Origin: Welwitschia mirabilis
Taxonomy: Eukaryota
Direction of reading: 5' to 3'
Assembly: GCA_051453625.1 (NCBI GenBank)
Contig: JBOZIK010000001.1
Location: 17,246,295 to 17,310,294, forward strand
Length of the DNA stretch: 64,000 nt
In this document: one piece after another, positions 28,918 to 40,417 of the stretch
Numbering within the stretch: the first letter of the stretch is position 1
Layout of the letters: each line of letters opens with the position of its first letter
The notes under the pieces: generated by a model
Seen by the model: the letters and a program-made list of their open reading frames with translations, nothing else
Database searches by the model: none
Told to the model about the DNA's origin: nothing
Position numbers and translations under genes: made by a program

Positions 28918-30666
28918 TATGAACCTTTTAAATAATCTATGATAAACTAGAGATAATTTTAGAATATGATTTTGATCAAGGAAGAGTCATCAAATCATTT
29001 TAAAATGAACTATATTCTAAATTATCAATATAGAATAGAAGATTAGAATAACAAAATACACTAATGATGAAGAGAAAATATTCCTATTAACAAAAAAGGA
29101 GGATGAGAAGATCCATATCTTAAATGATAGAATATAAATGGACATTGACAATAAAAGTTTATGATTTGTTACATAAAGATAATAGAAGTATAATAGAAGA
29201 AAATCCTAACTAAAAACATAGTGGTTAAGCATTAACAACTAGCATAAAATAAGTGTTTGGAAACTTCAATTAAAAAACTAAAATATAGGAGGAGTATGAT
29301 ATTCTCATGAATAAGTAAACTTGGAAAATCACCAAAGAAAAAAATGAAGTAAATGAATAAAATTTTGGTATATCATATCAAATACAACTAGGATGACACA
29401 ATTAATAACGTTAGATCTTTATTAAATGTTTTACTTAAAAATAGTAAATTATTAATGGAAAATATTAGAATTCATAATACAAATTCGTATAATACAAATT
29501 ATTCTTTCTCTAATAGTTTCATGTAACTAAAGCTTATTCCATTTTAATATTAAATTTGAATTCCTAAATCGATATATTAAAGATGAAATCTACATAATTT
29601 GGTTCAAAGGCTTTAAAATTAAAGATTATGGGGAGGAACCTACAAATTCAAAAAGTACTATACAATCTAAAATAATCTTCTCAAGTATGATTTGAGAAGA
29701 TTTATAAATTTTTCAAGAGGTTGGGATTTAAGANNNNNNNNNNACATCTATGTAAAATCACTTGGCAAATAAAATAGAGTAGTATGTTAATGATATAGTA
29801 ATAAAAGTAGGAATGCCCTTGCTTAGAAATTTAAAATATTAGAAATTAAATATCTCAAGCATTTTGAGGTTTTTAAATATTAAAAACAAGAAATACTAGA
29901 TATTTTAAAAAATATCTAAATGAAACACTTAATAAATTACAATTGAAGAATATCAACAATAAAACTATCCTATGGAGGTAAGTACAAACACCAAATCTAA
30001 TGAAGTAATAAAGATAATTAAATCCATGAAGTACAAAAAATTCATAGGTAAACTATTATATTTAAATAATTGCAAGACTAGTTATAATATTTGCAATTAA
30101 TAGACTTATTATATTCATGCATTTTTTAAATGACACACACATGAAGTTGATGATTAATATAATAAAGTACTTAGGTAATGTGACAAAACATAGAATAAGC
30201 TTTAAAAAAGGTAAAAAAACTCTAATTGATTTCATAGACTTAGACTAGGCTAGATTTAAAGAGGATGAATCAACCATAAGATACATTTCTTAGCTTTATG
30301 GAAACATTGTTTTATGGTTAAGCCAAAAGTAATCTAGTAGTAAGTTTATGTTTTAAAATAAAATGGATCAATCAAATCCTTGGTGATAATAACAAAGAGG
30401 TGTGAAATATTATTTTTTTTTATTATAAACATTAAAGTACCATTAAAGTAGTGAATAACCCCATATTTCATGAAAGAATGAAGCATCTCAAAGTTGACTT
30501 TTACTACATTAAACATTTATCCTCAAAATAATTCATCTAACCAATTTATGTCAATACTAAATCATAGATAGATAATAAACTAATAAACTAATTATAGGAA
30601 ACAGATTTTATTAGTTTGTGAAAGCTCTATAAGTAAAAGTTAAATAATTATATGTTCACGTGAAAG

Positions 30667-31051
30667 TATTAGTTAAACTATGTTAATAACAAAAAATTTA
30701 TATAACATGTTTTATTTTCTTAACTAAATGCATTTCATCTAATAAAAGCAAGTTAAAAGTATTTAATATTTTTTTATGTAACAAATTAAGCTAATTGCTT
30801 TAAAAAAAAATCACAACTGTTTTAAATGTATCTTTCTAAGGAGTTAAATATTTTATGTATAATTTATATATTATACTATATCATAGAAAATGTATAAAAT
30901 CTAGTTGTAATTCATTCATTCACTAACTTATTTACTCTATTTTATAAAATAATTTTTATATAACTTTAATTTGTATGATTTCCTATCTTTTGTTTTATGT
31001 TTCATTAAGTTTTCTACACTTTAGTTTGGTTTTATATAAAAAATTTTAATA
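30667..31051 (+). repeat. Copia 3' LTR
   Basis: Homologous to 22951-23306 and follows the RNase H region. Confidence 0.8.
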
Positions 31052-32065
31052 GTTCTATTTGCAATATAAACAAATTATTTTGACCTTCATGTGATTTAAT
31101 TTTGATTTTTTCTCTATAAGGCTTATTTCATTTTCATGCAGTGAATAATATTCTTACCTTTTCCATAGTGACATTTGTATTTCATGATTTGAGATGTTAT
31201 TTTATTTTCTCTTATCATTTAGGATAGAACCAACTTGCTTTTCATTATTAGCGTGATCATTTTCTAAAATTTAAGAATATGACATTGAGGGTTTTCACTC
31301 ATTTAAATTTTGAACCATAACCTTCTTTTAATCTAATCTATCATGATGTTATTTTATATATTCATCAAGAATTTTGTCTAGAGTTCTAGATTTTAATCTA
31401 AGTATCTCTATCTTAGCTAGAACTAAGTCATCTAAGGGTCTAGACAAAATATGATTATCATTTTTTATTATATCATAAAAAAATATCCTTAGAAATAATG
31501 ACCCTTTTAAATGCTAACTTTCATACCTGATAGGGTTTTTTAAATCTAAAAAGTAAAGCATCAAGCATGTTTTATATTTTTTTATAATTTATCATATGAG
31601 TATAAGAAATGCACAAGATAATTTCTCCCAAAATTCATTGGATGATCATATGAAAATGATTTATTAGACCACTTTTTTATGGGTATATCTCTATTTAGAG
31701 CTTTAGAAGAAAGTCTATTTTAAATGAAAAAGCTATTGTAACATATTTTTTTCATAGAAATAAAGAAAGTTATATCTTTTATATCATGCTTCTTGTCATT
31801 TATATGATGGTTCTATTTTTCGTTTTAGTCATTCCATGGGGTTGAGGCATATAAGCTAGAGTTTCTTCATACTAAATTTGAGCCTTCTCAAGTTTATCAT
31901 AAAACGTATTTGAAAATTATTCTTCTCCTTCTTCTGTCTTAAGCTTTTTCATTCATGAATTTATCTATCTTTCAATAGATACACAAAAACATTAGATATT
32001 ATTAGAATTATTTAATAAAAAATATACAAAAGACATCCTACTGTAATTAGCTATAAGAGTAAGGA

Positions 32066-32791
32066 TTCCTCCAATATGTTGGTGGATCCATTTCTCTTTT
32101 CTTGGTTTTTTCATCAAGTCTGCAGGCTGCTCATTTTCTAACTAGCAAACTAGAAATATCAACTACCCTTTCACAGTCTAATAGACCCAAAGCAAGATTA
32201 GGGCCTCTATTTTCTATGATGAGAGTGCATCTATCGGAGGTTAGAAAGGATCTTCTTTGTTTTTGTAGTTGTTCTCCTTCTTATTGGTTTTTCTTGAGGT
32301 AGTTCCCCTATGCTCTGAGCATATTTTGATTGTTGTTATGTGCTTTTTTCCATAGTTTATATAGCGTCTACTTTATTTTTGAGATGGAAACAAAACAGCA
32401 CGTCTGCATCCTACGGGATATGTAGGGATGTCAGAATAATAGAGATAAAAGGAATCAGCCAGGCATTCAACAAGTGACAGTCAATATTAGTGTAAGGGGA
32501 GGATAGGAGGCATCCCACCATTTCACCTGCTAGAAGAGTTTGAAACTAATCAAACTTGAATGATGTGTCTCTTCATAATACTTTCTTTTTAGCTTTGTCC
32601 TCTGGCTAGTCAGCTTTTTGGTTAATCTAGTCTTGCTATTTGTGTGTAGACTTAGTTTAGATAGTTTTTTGTTTTCTTTGCTCTTCTATTAGTTAGTCCA
32701 GCCTGGTGTATCTCTCACCTCAAGTTCTTTGTATGCGTTGAGCTTTTGATAGTATCAGTAATGAAAGTTATCCAAAATTTTATTTAAAAAA
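32066..32791 (+). mobile_element. 5'-truncated LINE 3' end with candidate target-site duplication
   Basis: GC-richer island with a VYFI...-like ORF2 C-terminal motif (~32366). The 3' tail gtatcagtaatgaaag...aaattttatttaaaaaaa resembles the reverse complement of 40418-40460. Flanked by ataagagtaagga (32053-32065) and ataaaggtaagga (32792-32804). Confidence 0.6.
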
Positions 32792-33399
32792 ATAAAGGTA
32801 AGGAAGTGTTTTTGTCCTCATAGAAAAAAAGATAAACATCAACATAAATACCTATGAATTAATTTAATTTTAATAGATACTATTTTTTTATTTATTTTTG
32901 AAAAATAACTTATGAGTTAGTTTTTCTATCTAATAATCTTTGGAAATTACTTGTTTGTTTTGAAATTTGAAATTTATTACTTACTTTGTGTTGATTTTTT
33001 GAAACTTGATAATTTATATGATACTAATCTTTGATGCTAGAGAATTACTTCATTCTTTCCTATGATTTACAAGGATTTACAATTTGATAATTTTACTTAT
33101 ATTTAAAACATTTTAGTATTATAAATTTCTTTAAAGTTTTGGATTTATTTTTTTTAATAATGTAACCTGATCTATTATTCATTTTTATGGATTGTATTTC
33201 ATAACAATCCTATAGTAGGAATGAAATAGAGGTTAAATTCATGTTAAAGTGTAGAATGTATATGGTGTTCATCAATGTGCATAATGGTAAATCCATAGTT
33301 ATTATTTATGCTACTTATAGTTTTATTTTATCTCTAAATTTATATATTTCATGATGCTACTTGATGTTAGCATAATCTTTGTGAAGCTCTCTTTATTAT

Positions 33400-34130
33400 T
33401 AATCATATAACTAAGTGCTCCTAAGTCTATGGATGATGTTTAATTATTTATTATGGAAATGCTTGATAATTCTTGATAAGAAATCACATCATTAGTTAGG
33501 ATTTTAATCCATCAAATTTTTTTCCTTGTACTACCTCCTTATGTTTATTGATTTTTTTCTATATTTATTTTATAACCTAGATGGATTTTTAAAGAAATGG
33601 TATTATGTGTAACAAAATAATTAATTATAGAATTTACAAAATATTGATTTTTTATGTCACTATTTCATAGTACTTTTTGATGCATCGAGTTCTATATGTG
33701 TTTAATTGTGTTTTTTGTTTAATTCCATTTTATCTTAATGAGAAATTGTTATCATTGTTTCAAACAAGTAGGTTTCATTAACATATTTTAATTCTTTAGG
33801 TAACACATTAAACCTCATAAAAAAGGACTAAACTAAATGAAACTTAATCATTTATTTTTCTACTTTGGCTTGTTACTTTGTAATTTATGACTTAAGTTAA
33901 TGACTTATTATTTAAATATGTAATATCCCCATGATATTCAAGTTTAAGCATGATAAATTTAGCAATTAATGATTTCTTACATGTCTTGTTCATGAATTTA
34001 AAGGTATCTTGTAATAATATTGAAGGTTTTATGGATTTGTATACACCATGAACTAGAGGGTGCATTTCAATGGTAATGTTTATTACTAAAATGAGTCTAA
34101 TATGTTTAGATTCAATGGAATACTTTTAGG
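33400..34130 (-). pseudogene. Movement-protein-like and aspartic-protease-like remnants (candidate endogenous caulimovirid)
   Basis: Stop-free stretch 34125-33895 reads ...HIRLILVINITIEMHPLVHGVYKSIKPSILLQDTFKFMNKTCKKSLIAKF..., resembling the 30K MP core. IDLGA lies at 33430-33416. The stretch shares cattaccattgaaa and aag.aatcattaa, inverted, with 35750-35850. Confidence 0.4.
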
Positions 34131-34959
34131 TTTTCTTTTATTTATATAATCTTTAAATTTTTATCCAACTACAAACTTCTATAGACTTTTCTTCCAAGTT
34201 TCATAATTTTAATATGTAAGTTTTACATGCTTTAGAAGGTATAATCTTGTTATATTGGTTGTTCTAAAGATGGCATATGTCTTCTCTAACTTTAAGTATC
34301 GTGGTAAAATTTTGACATTAAACTAATTTACAAGCATTAAAATAGTTTCATCATTAAGTGTTTTGTATTCTTTGTTATATTTTTTATTATATTTATTCAC
34401 TATGTTCTTTACTATGCTTTGCTATCGTGTTTTACATTCTATAAAAGTGGTAAGTGCAATGAGATACTTAAATGTTTTTTGAAAGTATAATGAGATATTT
34501 GAATATGTGAAAATGAAGTGAACATAGAATATTTTTAAATGAAGCAACAATAAGAAAAGAAAAGCATAAATTTTAATAAAAGAAACAAAAAAATACTATA
34601 TTATCAATAAAGTTATAAATAAAATAATAATTCATCAAGATTATATCTAAATCAATACAAATTAAATTCTATATGACATAAGTTATATTTTGCCTAAAAT
34701 TACAGCTCTACATGAAATATTTATTAATAATTATCTTATTTTATTTAAAATAATTTTAATTAAGTAATTAACATTAGTTTATTAGTTTTAAAGTTTCTTA
34801 TAGGGTTTAAAAGTCTTCTTATTAAAGTAAAATTATGATGGATATGAAATATATCTTAGAGATAAAACATATTATTAGAAATATATTTCATCTTTCATCT
34901 AACATTTAGTATTTATTATTATAATAATTACATTAAAGAAAATTATATAACTTAAATAC

Positions 34960-37900
34960 TAAAGAATGAACTTATTGTCACACAACTAGTGAGCTTATAT
35001 CTGTAATTTAACCCTAGGGCATTGGACCTTAAATAAAAATATTTCTATTAAAAATCATCAAAAACATAATTTAAGAAATTATAGATAACTAGATAATAGA
35101 GAAAATAAATGAGAATTAAAATTATAAATAAGCTCATAGCTTAGAAGATATAATAAATGGTGGAAACCTAAATGGTTAATTATTTAAGGCAAGTAATATT
35201 AGAATGTACTTTCATAAAAAACTTTGAGGAGAATGCACTTTTATAGAAAGAGGTAAGGAGGATGTTGAGGTTATTATTTAAAAAAAGTAATCTATTCATA
35301 TATTTTAAAATCTTTTGGAGGTTGCTACACATATAACAAAATAAAAGTTGCATAATAAAATTTATAAAAAATGTGATAAAGACTCTCATAAAAACCATAT
35401 GAAGGATACACTAGTGAAGAAATCCCTAGATAAATTAAATGAGATAATATCATGGAAAATATTTAATTCTAAAAGTGAAATTACATTTTTAGATTAAATT
35501 TAAGAAAGATTTTCATCCTTACTCTAAATTACTTACATTACATTAAATTTTATATTTAAGAGTAAGAAGATGAGAAGAATTAAGAAAACTATAAGCCTTC
35601 TTAACTTTGAAAGGTAATAAAAAATATCCATCAAATTATTTAAGAGAATTCCAAAAATATTTTTCTATTAGTTATTTAAAAATCATGCTTAACGAAATTC
35701 TTTAACTAAAAGAGATTATAATTTATCATTAAAAGTCCATTCACTAAAGTCATTACCATTGAAAATTAATATAACTAAATGAAATAATACCTTTGTAAAA
35801 TCATCAAATGCTAATGTAGAAGATTAACGTACCAAGGAATCATTAAGCAAAGGAAGCCAACATGAATTAAGTTTTTAAAACACAGACAAAGGAACAATAG
35901 TACTCTTGCAAGTTATATATCAATCAGTGCATTTTCATACTTTCTAAATTATTTGAAAAACATAATANNNNNNNNNNNNNNNNNNNNNNNNNNNNNNNNN
36001 NNNNNNNNNNNNNNNNNNNNNNNNNNNNNNNNNNNNNNNNNNNNNNNNNNNNNNNNNNNNNNNNNNNNNNNNNNNNNNNNNNNNNNNNNNNNNNNNNNNN
36101 NNNNNNNNNNNNNNNNNNNNNNNNNNNNNNNNNNNNNNNNNNNNNNNNNNNNNNTTATAATATATATCTTCATCCAAAACATGTATATAAATTGAATAGT
36201 TAAGAAAAATTCTAGAAGCAATAAACTTAAAGAAAATAAAGATAATAAGAAAAATATCATGCATCATTTTAAAATAGAACACTTTTCTTTAGGAAGATAA
36301 GAAATCATGAAACATATACAACATGAAATGATTAAACCTATATATATTCAATCATAGAATAAAAAAATAATATTCTAACAAAACCGCTTAGTCAAAAATA
36401 TTTTTTAATACTTTCAATATAAGATAGAACTGATAATTAGTTGATTTAACTTATATTATTATTTTTATCAAGATCTACTTAAGTTTGAGAGTTACTAAGA
36501 GAATCATTTATTATCCTTATTATTATAGGATGTATATTATACCTCTATCTTGTACTAGAATAAGTGTGATACATTGTTTTCAGCATTGTATGATATGTAT
36601 AGAAACTAATAAATGCTATTGCTTTAACTTGCATAGTAATGCTTTGACTTCTCATTTATGAATGAGTTCCCTTACATTGCAACTTCCTTTTTTTAAAATG
36701 TTTTTATTATAGGCCACATTGTCAACATTTTTCTATAAAAAGTTTTATTTTCTTTAGGAAAAATCATATTTCCACATTAAGGATAAAATTACTAAGACAT
36801 AATAAAATGTACCATTATTCTATTCTTTGGATAAAAGCTAACAATAGTAAAGTTTCTTTAGGAGTGCTTGTCTATAAAAGAAAGATCTATTTTTATTTGA
36901 GAGAAAGAGGAAGAATATAAGTATAAAAAGTATTTCAATTTCTTTTTGCACTTATTATTTTCGATCATGCATTTTTTTTTTCTTTACATGCCATAGAATA
37001 GAATTTTTATATTATGGTCTAGGAGATCATTCAAAAAGATTCTTCATGCTCATATATTCATGAAGGAATCACTTGAATTCTTTTCAAATTTGGATATTTT
37101 CATCTTATAAAAAACTAGAATTCAATATTGCTTAATGTTTCTTATAAAACTTTGGCTGAACATTTAAATAATAGATTAAAATTTATTCTTGTAAATATCA
37201 TTTATTAAAATAAATGTAGTTTTATTAAAGGTAGCCATGTTTTTAATAAGGTGATTATTGCATGAAAAGGAATTTAGTGGAATACTATTTTTATTAGACT
37301 ATATTATGTGAAAGCATACAACAATATTTACTTGGGTTATTATGGAATGCATGAAAAAGATAGGTTTTTGATAAAAGGTTTCTTCATTTAGTTACTTTCT
37401 TATTCAAGGATGCTAACTCTTGTGTATATACTTAATATGATATTTTAAGAATATTTATGATTGAGTAATTTATTTGATAATATTATCTTTTAGTGTTTTA
37501 TTTATTTGTTATTACTATAGATTTTTTTATATTAAACTATGAATGATAATAAACACTCAATCTTAATTTTAGATGTTTACTTTAGAGTTGTCATAGATTA
37601 TTTATTAACATATATTTTATAGATGATTACTTTTTCATTGTAAAAAATGATAGAGTAGTGAGTCATTTCTCGACTTCTTTATCATATGGATTAATGTTAA
37701 ATGTTATTTATATCTAAATTAAGTATATAAAATCTTCTATTTTTGTTTTATATAGAAATTATTAATGGCTTTCATTTTAGCCTAGGTCTATAATTCAGCC
37801 AATAAAGATTCCTAAAGTTTTTGAAATTTTTTTCATTTTCTAAATCTGCTATAAATCTTTGGATGTGGGTTTTAGAAAATATTTTAAAAAGTGTAGAAAA

Positions 37901-37981
37901 ATGGAAAAAAAACAAACCTTAAATAAATTTATGATATGTAAATCAATTCTTACCTCTAATTATTCTTATTATTCTTTTTAT
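34960..37981 (+). mobile_element. LTR-less RT/RNase H segment, copy 2
   Basis: Begins aaagaatgaacttatt.tcacacaactagtgag and ends cttattattcttttta, as copy 1 does. HIVNIF at ~36714, FLGVL at ~36855, HEKEF at ~37261. Confidence 0.55.
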
Positions 37982-38329
37982 GGTATTTTCTTACATGTTT
38001 TAATGCATCTTTTTTTAACCTCTTTTAAACCTTAAAAAGTTCATAACTTTCTTAATTATGTTTATATTCTTGCTCCTAGATGTAATCATTAATGGAATAT
38101 GAACAATTTAGATTAAGATTAAAAATTTGACTTTAATTTTATCTATAAATGTATTATTATTTCCAAAATAAAAAATACTAGACTTTCCAAATGAACTACA
38201 TAAGATCCCAAAAAAAAGTTAAATATTTGACTTTCCAAAATATTTAAATTTAAATAAATATTATTAGGATTAAATCATTTTACTTTTTTTGGATCTTGTG
38301 TACTTCATTTGAAACTTTTCTTTTTTCTC

Positions 38330-38935
38330 TTCCCTTGTACTTCATTTGGATGAGAGTTTTGATCACACTTTTTATTAGTGCAATTATGAAACTTCATTTT
38401 GGTTATGTATGTCCCAAGCTCTACAAGGTTTCAAAACAAACTAAAAAAGTGATTTTTTTTTTATTAATAAGCCTTATTTACATCTTTCTTGGTTATATTT
38501 ATGAAAGTGCATTTGTCTTAGTACACTATACTAAATCTGAAAAAACCATTATACAGTTACTCTCCAAAATGAATATTATCACTATGATTTTTCTTATGTT
38601 GAAGAGGATTATATCATTTAATCATCTTTCAAATTGAAGTGTAATTTGAAAAATCTTATCTAAAAGTTAATTACAACTCTACTTTCTGGTGCACTAGGAA
38701 GATGATCATTTATTATCTTATAGGCATTTATCTCTTTAGTTTCATTCTAAGATTACTAGCATTTAGTAATTGATCATTTTGTTTCTTTCCATTTGTTATC
38801 TCTCTCTTTAAGCTATGAGCCTTTATAGGTTTTTATATCTCATTTTTTCCTCTATTCTCTAGTCCCCTATCATTTACTAAGTTGAAATTTTAGTCATTTT
38901 CAATTAAATTCTTTTTATTTAAGGTATAACGCCAC
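38330..38935 (-). repeat. Inverted, diverged homolog of the 5' part of the duplicated RT segment, with a decayed Zn-knuckle-like motif
   Basis: The reverse complement aligns with 35015-35400 (accttaaataaaaa, gctcatagctta, taacaaatgga, tgcacttt, tgtgat.aa.actctcat). The minus-strand tgttttgaaaccttgtagagcttgggacat (~38440-38410) resembles CF.C...GH. Confidence 0.65.
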
Positions 38936-40417
38936 CTTTCTATCTTCTAATATTATTAAGAATTTATCATAGCTTAATTTTTTAATTTTTCTAGTATACT
39001 AACTTAAAACTTTTAAATTTTAATATGATCATAATAAAGAATTACTAATTATCTTATAACATCCAAGACTTTTTATTTAGTTTTGTTTAAATCTTCTCTT
39101 AGCTCATAGTACTTTAACTTCCATTAGTATGACCTAATAGTCAATTTTGGATAATTAATTATAAGCATATAAGTGTAGGATCATAAAATTTCATACTAAA
39201 TAACAATTTTTCTAATTTCTATAATCTTTAACATGTTTATAATAAACAAACAATTAGACAACCTTTAAGTAAAATGAATATTAATATGTTTCCAAAACAT
39301 TTACATTATACATCAATAAGAGATTTCTAGTTTTAGATAGAATAGAAGTACATATAATTATGGTTTTTATTTTAATATTTCTAATTCTATGCTCTTATCA
39401 GTACACATTAAGATAACTTTAGATGTGTCTATTTGAAATGTGTTTAAAGTAATGCCTTTCCTTTTATTTTTATTTTTATTTAATAAAACATAGTACTTTG
39501 TTATACTAACATCTTGTAATACTATATTAAACACTTTATTCTATGTAATTTTTCTATTTGTTATATGTGCATGTATAATAAATTAATAATATGATTTCTT
39601 TCATATGATTAAGATTATTAAATTAACCCTTCATAAGTCACAGATCTATAATAACATTATTTATAACAAATGAATAAAATAAAGAAATTCATGCATTCTA
39701 TCTTGACATTTTACATGTGTATTACTCATGTTTAACATTTCTTAAGATCAAAATAATACAAATATCTTAAAATATTTAACAATTAAAAATATAATTTTTC
39801 TTATTAATAAAGCAATACATTATGATGTTTTTGAAACCTTACTTTCTAACTCTACTATATAATGATGCTAAATTAGCATAGTTTTTCCAATAAAATGTAA
39901 CATTATAATTCTTTTAATTTAGTTAAATACCATTACATTTTAATACTATAGCTTATAATTTAAAGTTTTTTTGAATAAAATTTGAGAGATATTTCATTAC
40001 TAAAAACGTTAGAAGTACAAAACTCATGCATGAAACATGAAGAGTAAAATCGTCACCTGAGTGCCCTGAAGCATATGAACTTGATCTCAAAACCTACTTT
40101 GATTTGGAACTGGACTAACAAAGACCTGATACAACTTTGTTGGAAAATAAAACATTAATATGACTTTGCAAACTTGAAATGAAAGATACATAGACTATGA
40201 AGAGAAAAAAACCTAGATCTTAGAGATTAGCCGCGGTGACCAGACCTTTTTTTCCTGTTCTTTGATATGGCCAGTTAACAAGCCAGGTTGTTCACTAATG
40301 GAGACATGTTGACATGAGGAAGGACATCAGATGGAGGCATGCTTTTTTCCTATGAAAACAAGCCACAGACGGGCAGCACAAAGATGTTGCAGTGCCTGCT
40401 ACTCGCTTCTCAAAATG

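Larger units (their letters stand above)
22951..31051 (+). mobile_element. Degenerate Ty1/Copia LTR retrotransposon, interrupted by a 3-kb insertion
   Basis: Paired LTRs and a PBS. Protease WFIDSE..MT (24268), integrase LELIYNDL (24831), RT DEIYI (~29582), LYNLK*SSQV* (~29660), YVNDIVI (~29784), RNase H NPIFHERMKHLKVDFYYI (~30457). This is the Copia order PR-IN-RT-RH. Confidence 0.9.

Noticed and set aside
40057-40125. Possible small minus-strand exon bounded by cag| and |gt
   Set aside because: No recognisable protein similarity and no neighbouring exons found.
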